From assembly GCA_964587425.1 (NCBI GenBank), contig CAZPLB010000005.1, positions 1 to 57,847 on the forward strand: a stretch of DNA of 57,847 nt, read 5' to 3'. Source of the DNA: an uncultured Gammaproteobacteria bacterium (GTDB lineage Bacteria > Patescibacteriota > Microgenomatia > UBA8517). Position 1 is the first letter of the stretch. The number at the start of each line of letters is the position of its first letter. This document shows, one piece after another, positions 48,965 through 56,667 of the stretch. A program made the position numbers and the translations under genes. The notes beneath the pieces were generated by a model that saw only the letters and a list, made by a program, of their open reading frames with translations, had not been told where the DNA came from and did no database searches.

Positions 48965-49227
48965 ACAATGTCCTTTTTATTTTTATTCCAAGCACCTCCT
49001 GTCGGTTTCCACGTAGAAGCTTTTTCTCCCTTCGGGTCTCCCAAAGCAAAAGATTTTCTATCAGAATTTTCATTACCACCCTTTTTTAAAAACGGCTTCA
49101 TAACAGTATCGTGGTCACCAATAATATCTAATGCGTCTGCGACCGCTTTCAAATTTCGTGTTATTTTACTTTCGTCTCTCTCCCCAGCCATAAAAAGGAT
49201 TCTATATCCATTTTTAGATCTAGTCAA
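48958..49227 (-). CDS. Hypothetical protein
   Basis: 89 aa ATG-started ORF filling the gap before dinB, with no recognised motif. Confidence 0.4.
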   Translation of the reverse strand: MTRSKNGYRILFMAGERDESKITRNLKAVADALDIIGDHDTVMKPFLKKGGNENSDRKSFALGDPKGEKASTWKPTGGAWNKNKKDIVQ

Positions 49228-49235
49228 TAATTAAA

Positions 49236-50456
49236 ATGAATGACTTCAATCAAAATCCATCAACCATAATGCACATAGATTTAAATTCTTGTTTTGCAAC
49301 TGTTGAACAGCAGGCAAATCCTTTTCTTCGAAATAAGCCAATTGCTGTCGCCGCTTACAATTCTCCAGGAGGCTGTATTCTAGCCTCATCAGTTGATGCA
49401 AAAAAACTTGGAGTCAAAACAGGTATGAGAGTAAAGGAAGGAAGAATTCTCTGTCCCAGATTAATTGTCCTAACTCCAGATCCAGCGAAATACAGATTCG
49501 TTCACAAAAAATTAAGAAGAATCTTAAATTTCTATACCCCAAACTTTTCTCCAAAATCTATTGATGAGTTTGTTCTGGATTTAGATAATACCCCAGCCTT
49601 AAGAACAAAAAGTATGTTTGAAATTGGAGATGAAATAAAAAAGAGGATAAAAAAAGAAATTGGAGACTATCTAACAGTATCTGTTGGTATTGGCCCAAGC
49701 CGTTTCATAGCAAAAACTGCATCTAACCTAAAAAAGCCTGATGGTTTGGAAGAAATAAACCAAGAGAACTTCCTCTTTGTTTATTCAAAACTTCAATTAA
49801 CAGATCTAAATGGTATAGCCGAAAGGAATAAACTTCGCCTCAATATGGTTGGAATTAGGTCAGTATTAGATTTCTACAACGCCCCTCTTTGGAAGTTAAA
49901 AGCGGCATTCAGCTCCATTAATGGGTATTACTGGTATTTAAGATTAAGAGGCTACGAGATAGACTCAGTTGATTTTTCAAGAAAAAGTTTTGGTAATTCT
50001 TTTGCTCTTCCCAACCCCGATGCAGATTTGCTTCCCATACTTCAAAAACTGTGTGAGAAAACTGGGATGAGATTAAGAAGAGCTGGATTTTCAGCCAAAG
50101 GAATCCATGTGAGCCTTTACTTCAAAGACCATTCATACTGGCACGAAAGTAAAACTCTTTCAAACCCAATTTTTGCCTCATGTGATATTTATAAATATGG
50201 GAAAACTATTCTGACACACTGTTCCAAGAAAAACGGAAAGGTTCACACTTTAGCAGTAAGCTGCTTCACTCTCTCCAAAGAAAGAAACTTTCAAACACTT
50301 CTCTTTGAGGACATTGTAAAAAAGAAAAATCTAACAAAGGCGCTAGATACCATAAACCAAAACTGGGGAGAGTTTACTATCCATCCGACCCACATGCTGG
50401 TAACAAAAGATTTAGTAAAAGATAGGATTGCCTTTGGTGGAGTTAAAGAGCTTTAG
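49236..50456 (+). CDS. dinB: Y-family DNA polymerase (Pol IV/DinB-like)
   Basis: MHIDLNSCFATVEQ, GVKTGM, SIDE, SVGIG...AK.AS..KKPDG and a little-finger domain. Confidence 0.93.
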   Translation: MNDFNQNPSTIMHIDLNSCFATVEQQANPFLRNKPIAVAAYNSPGGCILASSVDAKKLGVKTGMRVKEGRILCPRLIVLTPDPAKYRFVHKKLRRILNFYTPNFSPKSIDEFVLDLDNTPALRTKSMFEIGDEIKKRIKKEIGDYLTVSVGIGPSRFIAKTASNLKKPDGLEEINQENFLFVYSKLQLTDLNGIAERNKLRLNMVGIRSVLDFYNAPLWKLKAAFSSINGYYWYLRLRGYEIDSVDFSRKSFGNSFALPNPDADLLPILQKLCEKTGMRLRRAGFSAKGIHVSLYFKDHSYWHESKTLSNPIFASCDIYKYGKTILTHCSKKNGKVHTLAVSCFTLSKERNFQTLLFEDIVKKKNLTKALDTINQNWGEFTIHPTHMLVTKDLVKDRIAFGGVKEL

Positions 50457-50964
50457 AAAGATTAACACTATCCCCTACCTTCAGTTTCTCCCTTGCCACT
50501 GTTCCAGCATTAACTTCCAAAACATAGTCTACTGGAACCTTTGGGGCATATCTCACTAGTTGACTATCTGGAGTATTGGGAGAAGGAGCAGGAACATTTT
50601 GATTAACATCAACTACCTTATCATCGTTAATCCAGATAAAGTCGAGTGGTATAAGCATATCCTTCATCCAAAATATTGGCATTATATCCTTGCTTTCAAA
50701 AACAAAAAGCATTCCTTCATCACTCTTCAAAGAAGAAACCCTAGAAAGTCCATTCTGCCTATCCTGATTATTGGCAGCGACAAACACATTAAATTTAGCA
50801 GTACCTACAGTTATCTCCTTGGGGTTAGTTATGACAAATGGTGCAGGAGTTCTCTTGAAAAGAGAAGATAATACATTCCGCTCTCCCTTTTGTGCCTTAA
50901 CAAGCATTCCAATAATAAGAATAAAAAGAGCAACTCCACCTAACATTAAAAATAATTTCTTCAT
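50443..50964 (-). CDS. DUF192 family membrane-anchored protein
   Basis: R..GL...GMLFVF, FWMKDM.IPLD and YVLEVNAG. Confidence 0.92.
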   Translation of the reverse strand: MKKLFLMLGGVALFILIIGMLVKAQKGERNVLSSLFKRTPAPFVITNPKEITVGTAKFNVFVAANNQDRQNGLSRVSSLKSDEGMLFVFESKDIMPIFWMKDMLIPLDFIWINDDKVVDVNQNVPAPSPNTPDSQLVRYAPKVPVDYVLEVNAGTVAREKLKVGDSVNLSKAL

Positions 50965-50991
50965 AGTTTCAACTTCAAGCTCTGCTTTTAA

Positions 50992-51156
50992 TTATGGTTC
51001 TACTTCAACATGCGCCCCTTCAACCATCGGTGAAGGATTATGAGCTCTAGTAAAAAACAAAACAAGAACAAAAAGAGTAACTGGTAGAAGTAAATAAACC
51101 ACATGTGAATTACTTTTGAATCTATTTGGAATCAGATGAATTAACTCACTCTCCAT
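50992..51156 (-). CDS. Small single-TM protein
   Basis: MESELIHLIP...LLLPVTLFVLVLFF. Start moved to ATG 51156, outside the tRNA. Confidence 0.6.
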   Translation of the reverse strand: MESELIHLIPNRFKSNSHVVYLLLPVTLFVLVLFFTRAHNPSPMVEGAHVEVEP

Positions 51157-51194
51157 AATATGAGTGTAGTACAAATCAAGGAAATTTTGCAATG

Positions 51195-51278
51195 TGCCGA
51201 AGGTGGGACTCGAACCCACACGCTCTTGCGAGCACAGGTTCCTAAAACCTGCTTGTCTGCCAGTTTCAACACTTCGGC
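51195..51278 (-). tRNA. tRNA-Leu(TAG)
   Basis: CAGGT-TT-TAG-GA-ACCTG with a long variable arm. Confidence 0.95.
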
Positions 51279-51304
51279 AATATGTCTATTTTACTACACA
51301 GGAA

Positions 51305-51523
51305 CTACTTTCTGAAAATATCTACAGAAAGCTGAGATTGACGAACAATACTTCTCAATGTTCCCATAGCAAGATCTCTAGAATGAAATGGGATTGTAAC
51401 ATGTGCTTTTGTTTTTGAATTGTAATACTGCCTATGACTGCTTTTACTTACATTAACAACAAAACCATTCTTAAGTAGTAACTTCTCAACCTCCTTGGGT
51501 TTTAGAGGTGCAAGTTTTGGCAT
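51305..51523 (-). CDS. hicA: HicA family mRNA interferase toxin
   Basis: L.K.GF, KSSH (the usual GSH is SSH here), VTIPFH..DL..GTLRSI. Confidence 0.9.
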   Translation of the reverse strand: MPKLAPLKPKEVEKLLLKNGFVVNVSKSSHRQYYNSKTKAHVTIPFHSRDLAMGTLRSIVRQSQLSVDIFRK

Positions 51524-51781
51524 TTAAATTGCAAACCTGGTGCTTTGGGGTAATTCCACTTCTGTCTGAGTAACATAAAAATCAGAAGTATCTGGGGCTG
51601 GAACCTCAGTCTTTGTTTTCATTAACCCCTCAATGTGACACTCTATTGCACTTTTTACGTTTTTACTGGCTTCAGAAACTGACTTTCCAAAGTCAGAAAT
51701 GCCCAAAGCAGGTACATAGGCGACATAGTATTTCCCCTCCTTACGAACTAAGACATTGTACCTAAATACTCTAGTTTTCAT
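51524..51781 (-). CDS. hicB: HicB family antitoxin (short, no DNA-binding domain)
   Basis: Y.AYVP.LG...FGKS..EA..N...AIE.H, adjacent to hicA. Confidence 0.9.
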   Translation of the reverse strand: MKTRVFRYNVLVRKEGKYYVAYVPALGISDFGKSVSEASKNVKSAIECHIEGLMKTKTEVPAPDTSDFYVTQTEVELPQSTRFAI

Positions 51782-51808
51782 GAGTAAAGTATAACATGTT
51801 CAATCCAC

Positions 51809-51836
51809 AAAAAAGCCCTCTGTCGAAACAGAGGGC
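51809..51836 (-). terminator. Intrinsic terminator
   Basis: GCCCTCTGT-TTCG-ACAGAGGGC followed by T6. Confidence 0.9.
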
Positions 51837-51889
51837 ATATTAATCTCAACGCTTTCTTGTTATTAGCAAGATTGCCTCGAAACGTGAGA
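51809..51889 (-). ncRNA. Candidate structured sRNA (about 80 nt)
   Basis: Bounded by a near-consensus promoter and a terminator, with an internal stem-loop and no ORF. Confidence 0.45.
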
Positions 51890-51891
51890 AT

Positions 51892-51920
51892 ACTATAGCA
51901 TTATATTATAGGCTTGTCAA
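51892..51920 (-). promoter_or_regulatory. Sigma70-type promoter
   Basis: TTGACA-N17-TATAGT. Confidence 0.7.
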
Positions 51921-51932
51921 GTCAAAAGGTGC

Positions 51933-52691
51933 CTATCCCCTTTTCTTGGCTAGGACAAATATTGATGGTCCAAACCAAATATAAGATAGAGGCTTTTGAA
52001 GGATGCTTTCCACCCAAATAAGTAGATTAAGGGGTATATGTCTCTTAGCATAAGTACTCCTTATGTTTGAAACTGAGCGATTTTCAAGGATGTCAAAACC
52101 ATTTCTTTCAAGAACCTCCTTCACAAACTTTGGGTGATGATTCACAAATGCTATGGTCTTTATCCGTTTGGACTTTTTGCCCCTCAGATCAACTGCTTCC
52201 TTGGAAGAAAAGTATCCAAAATCACCTTTTAAAATATGTTTCAAGAGTGACTTGAAATGGATTTTATTTGCAAACTCAAAAATAAGATACCCATTATCTG
52301 TTGTTACTGAGGAGATTTCTCTTACAGCCTCTTCAAGGTCGGGCAAATGGTGGGCTACCCGAATCATCAGAACTAGATCAAATTTATTTGGTTTGGTTCT
52401 TTCTCTCAAGTTTTCAAGTGTAGACTGCAAAAAAACTATGTTCTTAAGGCCTGTTAGTCTTGCCTTGGCATGAGAAAGAAGTTTTTGAGAGGGGTCTGTC
52501 AAAGTAACCCTTTTGACTCTGAAGGAAAAATATGGAACTAATCTTCCAAAACCGCCCCCTATTTCAATTGCTTTGTCTACTTCAGGAATTCTTGAAAGAT
52601 ATGCCTTTAAGGCTAGTACCTCGCTTTCGTGTTCATATTTTCGGCTGTCCCAATATGAAAGGTAGTCGTATGTGTCGTAATATGCTGACAT
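51933..52691 (-). CDS. Class I SAM-dependent methyltransferase
   Basis: IEIGGGFGRL, LTDPS, FDLV and RVAHHL. Start at ATG 52691. Confidence 0.88.
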   Translation of the reverse strand: MSAYYDTYDYLSYWDSRKYEHESEVLALKAYLSRIPEVDKAIEIGGGFGRLVPYFSFRVKRVTLTDPSQKLLSHAKARLTGLKNIVFLQSTLENLRERTKPNKFDLVLMIRVAHHLPDLEEAVREISSVTTDNGYLIFEFANKIHFKSLLKHILKGDFGYFSSKEAVDLRGKKSKRIKTIAFVNHHPKFVKEVLERNGFDILENRSVSNIRSTYAKRHIPLNLLIWVESILQKPLSYIWFGPSIFVLAKKRG

Positions 52692-52711
52692 TTTCTTGAA
52701 ATATATGAAAG

Positions 52712-53335
52712 CTACTGCATCTGGGCAATGAATGCACTTACTCCAGCTGCCCATGTTCCCGGAGAACTGGGAGTGTATTTACTCATGATTTCCTCAGGCG
52801 TTGTATAGCCTTTATCTAGGTAGTTCTCCCTCAATCCCTGTGCAACTGTCTCAATACCCTCTTCATATGATTTAAAGGCTAAGCTCGAAACGCTTGTAAT
52901 TCCCCACCCCCAACAATTGTAGCTGCCGTATGGGATTATCTTGCAAAGGTTGCTTTCCTGCTGCGCGATCGCTACAAGGAGTCTGGGATCAAGCTTGTAT
53001 TTATCTGCAATCTCAACAATCTTTGGAGCATATGAAGTTAAAGGTGAATTATATTGATCCATATATTTTGCAAGTATTGCAGGCCTTGCATCCTTCATCA
53101 CAATCTCACCTGAAAAAGAAGGTGCAGTATTTGGAAGTGAGGCAAAAATCCTCACGCCATTGGTTCCCTGCACCAGTGCCACAGGCTGTTTTGCAGCCTG
53201 GTTTTTGAGAGATACATATGAGAATAAACTAACTACAAGGGTAATTGGGGCGAGTACAAAGAAAGTGAGCACCAATGAAATTCGCCTCCAAAAACCAAGA
53301 GACTCTTCCTCAAGAGATGTTGAAAGTTCAGGCAT
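52712..53335 (-). CDS. Membrane-anchored lysozyme-fold (glucosaminidase/SLT-like) protein
   Basis: LDPRLLVAIAQQES, NCWGWG, F.SYEEGI and I..KY.P. Confidence 0.8.
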   Translation of the reverse strand: MPELSTSLEEESLGFWRRISLVLTFFVLAPITLVVSLFSYVSLKNQAAKQPVALVQGTNGVRIFASLPNTAPSFSGEIVMKDARPAILAKYMDQYNSPLTSYAPKIVEIADKYKLDPRLLVAIAQQESNLCKIIPYGSYNCWGWGITSVSSLAFKSYEEGIETVAQGLRENYLDKGYTTPEEIMSKYTPSSPGTWAAGVSAFIAQMQ

Positions 53336-53380
53336 TAGTGAGTGTAGGATGTCATATTTAGTGAGCCAAAGTCAAGTTTG

Positions 53381-53452
53381 TGAGTCCGAGAGGGATCGAA
53401 CCTCCAACCGTTACCTTAAGAGGGTACTGCTCTACCATTGAGCTACGGACTC
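53381..53452 (-). tRNA. tRNA-Lys(CTT)
   Basis: Cloverleaf with anticodon loop CT-CTT-AA. Confidence 0.95.
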
Positions 53453-53490
53453 ATGAACCATGTGTATTTTAACACAAAGTGATAAGCCCC

Positions 53491-54873
53491 TTACCTCAAA
53501 CCAAGCTTACTTGCCAAAATTTCGCGAATATATACAAAAATATCAGATGCAGTTGGAAGACTGTGAACAAGAACTCCTGATGTTTCAAAGAAGTCACCAA
53601 TAGTTTTTGAATTATTGGTCAAAGATATTTTTGAAGTGTAGTTACCGCTTTCGGTTAGGGGATGACCCTTCACAAGTATTGCAGCAATATGCGTTGGTTC
53701 AACGAGAGGTGGAAAAACGGATTCAATTTGGAAGTCGTGGGAATTTAGACCTAAGGTACCCGTTCCCCATATGGTCTGGCCTGTATTTTTTGCAAAAACA
53801 ACACCATTCAAATCAGAACCTCCAAATGTTAATTTTGGAAAAAAGTTAGTTAATATCTCCCCTTTATCAATTTGTACTGGTTCTCCTTTTATCTTCGCCA
53901 AACCCAAAACATTGTAGTAAAAATCATAATATTCTCCACTCTTACTCTTCAAACTAAAAATATCAAATGGTGACTCACTGTAATTAAATACGAAAGGAGT
54001 GACTGCAACAACGCGCTCGTCACTCCAGGCTTCTATATATGCTTTTTCAATTTTTGGACCAATATCAGTAGTCAAAGAACCACTATGTATCCATCCAGTT
54101 TCTGTAATGAATACAGGAAAGTTTTTACTAACCCCCAAACTCTTTAGATAATCAAGCTCCCAAAGATATGTCCTAACTGTTCCTCGTCCAAAGGCACCGG
54201 CAGAGCCCGAGAAATTGGGGTTTGGATATGAGTGTGATGCCCATCCATCAATATTCTCAAAGACATTTGGTTCTGCAGCAATCATTTCCTTTAAAAAGGT
54301 AGTCTCATCTACTGAATCTCTGGGATTGTTGGCAGATGCATCAAGTCCAGCAGGCATAATGAAAAAGTCATCATTTGCTTTCTTCAATTTTTCACTAAAT
54401 ATTTTCAAATAGTCTGCATATTCCTTTGGATTAGCCCCTCCTCCCCATTCTTTGTCATGATTAGGTTCATTTCCAACAGTTACATACCTATTCTCAATTA
54501 CCCAGTTTAGTGAATTCAAAAAACTTACCCAACCATCAATTTCATCAACATTTGGCTTCTCCCAAATATCACCATTCAGAGGAGCTGTTGCAATTCGAAC
54601 AATAGGAATTAAATGCAGTCTTCTCATCTCATCAAAAACCTTTTGCCACCTCCCTACATTTCTTTCTCCTTTTTGGATAACAAGTGTTACGTATCCCCAA
54701 TCTCCTCCATTTGAATTAACCAGTTTGGCCACTTCTGGGATATCACTCGTATCAATAATATGCATTCCAAAGTGGTTATTAGGAACGGCTTCAGGGTTGT
54801 AAATTGCCAATGCTTCTCTTGGAACAAAAAAAAATAACATTAAAGCTAGTAATAAAATAAAGAGTTTTTTCAT
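53491..54873 (-). CDS. Secreted clan GH-A glycoside hydrolase
   Basis: Signal peptide, GNEPN acid/base motif, SHSYP and ITETGW nucleophile. Confidence 0.82.
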   Translation of the reverse strand: MKKLFILLLALMLFFFVPREALAIYNPEAVPNNHFGMHIIDTSDIPEVAKLVNSNGGDWGYVTLVIQKGERNVGRWQKVFDEMRRLHLIPIVRIATAPLNGDIWEKPNVDEIDGWVSFLNSLNWVIENRYVTVGNEPNHDKEWGGGANPKEYADYLKIFSEKLKKANDDFFIMPAGLDASANNPRDSVDETTFLKEMIAAEPNVFENIDGWASHSYPNPNFSGSAGAFGRGTVRTYLWELDYLKSLGVSKNFPVFITETGWIHSGSLTTDIGPKIEKAYIEAWSDERVVAVTPFVFNYSESPFDIFSLKSKSGEYYDFYYNVLGLAKIKGEPVQIDKGEILTNFFPKLTFGGSDLNGVVFAKNTGQTIWGTGTLGLNSHDFQIESVFPPLVEPTHIAAILVKGHPLTESGNYTSKISLTNNSKTIGDFFETSGVLVHSLPTASDIFVYIREILASKLGLR

Positions 54874-54903
54874 AGTACAAAATTACTGAAATAATTTTGA
54901 AGG

Positions 54904-54985
54904 TGCGGGAGACAGGACTCGAACCTGCACGCCTTACGGCACCACCTCCTTAGGATGGCGTGTATACCAGTTTCACCACTCCCGC
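54904..54985 (-). tRNA. tRNA-Leu(AAG)
   Basis: CCATC-CT-AAG-GA-GGTGG with a long variable arm and A73. Confidence 0.92.
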
Positions 54986-54995
54986 TTGTGTATTG

Positions 54996-55081
54996 TGCAG
55001 ATGAGAGGACTCGAACCTCCACGGACGGTAAAGTCCACAAGCTTCTGAGGCCTGCGCGTCTTCCAGTTCCGCCACATCTGC
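54996..55081 (-). tRNA. tRNA-Leu(CAG)
   Basis: CAGGC-CT-CAG-AA-GCTTG with a long variable arm. Confidence 0.94.
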
Positions 55082-55131
55082 ATGAACAGTGATATTATAT
55101 CAAATTTTTGGTAAAATAGAGCTGTCTATGG

Positions 55132-55203
55132 GTCCCCATAGCTCAATGGATAGAGCATCTCCCTTCTAAGGAGGAGATGAGGGTTCGATTCCCCCTGGGG
55201 ACA
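55132..55203 (+). tRNA. tRNA-Arg(TCT)
   Basis: TCTCC-CT-TCT-AA-GGAGG. Confidence 0.95.
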
Positions 55204-55208
55204 CTTGA

Positions 55209-55281
55209 GGGCGGTTAGCTCAGTTGGTAGAGCGCTCGGTTTACATCCGAAAGGTCATAGGTTCGACCCCTATACCGCCCA
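55209..55281 (+). tRNA. tRNA-Val(TAC)
   Basis: Cloverleaf with anticodon loop TT-TAC-AT. Confidence 0.95.
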
Positions 55282-55310
55282 CAAACTCATGAATCGTGTA
55301 ATATAGATAT

Positions 55311-55469
55311 ATGGACAATAACGCAAAGAAAAGTTACTACGTTAATATGGCATTTAGAAAAATTCAGAATGCATTCTTGTCCACCCCAGAGTTGTCATAC
55401 ATCTTCACCATTGTGCTTGTGGTAGTTATTCTATTTGTTCTAGCAAAGTTATTTATCCACCTGCCATAA
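55311..55469 (+). CDS. Small single-TM protein (52 aa) inside the tRNA cluster
   Basis: MDNNAKKSYYVNMAFRKIQNAFLSTPELSYIFTIVLVVVILFVLAKLFIHLP. Confidence 0.55.
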   Translation: MDNNAKKSYYVNMAFRKIQNAFLSTPELSYIFTIVLVVVILFVLAKLFIHLP

Positions 55470-55509
55470 TCGACTAATTGTCTTAGTCTTGATATAATCA
55501 TGAAGTTAA

Positions 55510-55582
55510 GCCGAGATAGCCAACGTGGTCAAGGCACATGTCTGAAGAACATGCTACTCAGGTTCGATTCCTGATCTCGGCA
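55510..55582 (+). tRNA. tRNA-Phe(GAA)
   Basis: CATGT-CT-GAA-GA-ACATG. Confidence 0.93.
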
Positions 55583-55588
55583 CCCTTC

Positions 55589-55659
55589 GCGGGATTAGCA
55601 TAATGGTAGTGCATCTGGTTGCCAATCAGAGTACACGGGTTCGATTCCCGTATCCCGCT
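55589..55659 (+). tRNA. tRNA-Gly(GCC)
   Basis: TCTGG-TT-GCC-AA-TCAGA and U73. Confidence 0.95.
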
Positions 55660-55665
55660 CTTAAT

Positions 55666-56277
55666 ATGTCAGAAAGAGAGTCAGCTATATTTGATAGTGC
55701 ACAAAAATTAGATATCGCCTTATTTGAAAAACTAGGTGTTAGAGTGTTTTGCATGAATGATAGTCAGTTCATGACCCTTCTAGTCATGTATAAGGATGAA
55801 TTAGCCAAATCAAGAAAACTATTCTCAACCTGCAACAACGGTATAAGATCCCATGAACTAAATTTATTAATAAAAGAATTAGGGATATCAACTGCAAGGA
55901 AAGCAAAAACTGACACTGGACAGTTAGCAGGTTCAGACATAATAGATGTTGGTCTTTCCATCCGCTCTGGTATATATGAAAACGGATTAATAATTCCAGA
56001 AGGATTCATTACAGAGGGAAACAAAGAAAGTTATAATGGCTTTGATACACTCATTGTATACCAAGACTCAAATGAAACCGGTACCAGCAACATAGAAAGG
56101 TTTATCGGTCAAAGTCTTCAAGCTCTGGCAGAAAAGGAAGGTATTACAAGCTTTCCTGGCTTAGAAGTAATTATAGTTCTATCAGATACAGAACAAAATC
56201 ATAAAAAGGTAAATACAATAAAAAATGGAATAGCTGCATCCCAAGAACCAGAGTATATAGCTTGGAAATTAGTATGA
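55666..56277 (+). CDS. Hypothetical protein
   Basis: Long ORF with the start moved to ATG 55666, downstream of tRNA-Gly. Confidence 0.7.
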   Translation: MSERESAIFDSAQKLDIALFEKLGVRVFCMNDSQFMTLLVMYKDELAKSRKLFSTCNNGIRSHELNLLIKELGISTARKAKTDTGQLAGSDIIDVGLSIRSGIYENGLIIPEGFITEGNKESYNGFDTLIVYQDSNETGTSNIERFIGQSLQALAEKEGITSFPGLEVIIVLSDTEQNHKKVNTIKNGIAASQEPEYIAWKLV

Positions 56278-56355
56278 TCCTCGATCCGCTATACGGAATG
56301 AAATAACCAACATAACCAGTTGAAAAAAACATATATTTTTTTTATAATTTAAACC

Positions 56356-56667
56356 ATGGAAATACTTTTTACACACACAATCGATTTGCCAAAAAACTGG
56401 GAAAAACTAAAGAAATTATCAACAGACGAATTCCTTGAATTAATGAAAATACAAGATCAGATAGATGGTATTGTCCACGAAGAGGGTCTTAATAGTAGAG
56501 TTCTGGGTAAAATAGACTCCCTTCAAGAAGACAGCGATAAAGAAAAAACTAATAAAAGTAACCCCTTGGAAACCACAGAAATGGCAGTTCACTCTGTAGT
56601 AGACAACTCTCGTAGAACTTCAGAGGTTATGATAGCGTCTCGGAGAAACAGACGAAAAGGCTCTTAA
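56356..56667 (+). CDS. Hypothetical protein
   Basis: 103 aa ORF with TATAAT 7 nt upstream of the ATG. Confidence 0.65.
   Translation: MEILFTHTIDLPKNWEKLKKLSTDEFLELMKIQDQIDGIVHEEGLNSRVLGKIDSLQEDSDKEKTNKSNPLETTEMAVHSVVDNSRRTSEVMIASRRNRRKGS

Noticed and set aside
51850-51885. GGCAAT...GCTAATAA resemblance to a fluoride riboswitch
   Set aside because: The P1 partner strand and P2 stem are missing, and no fluoride-related gene follows.
51194-55665. ORF-track starts or ORFs overlapping tRNA genes (51194+, 51219-, 53160+, 55603+)
   Set aside because: They run through clear tRNA cloverleaves, so they were discarded or their starts moved downstream.
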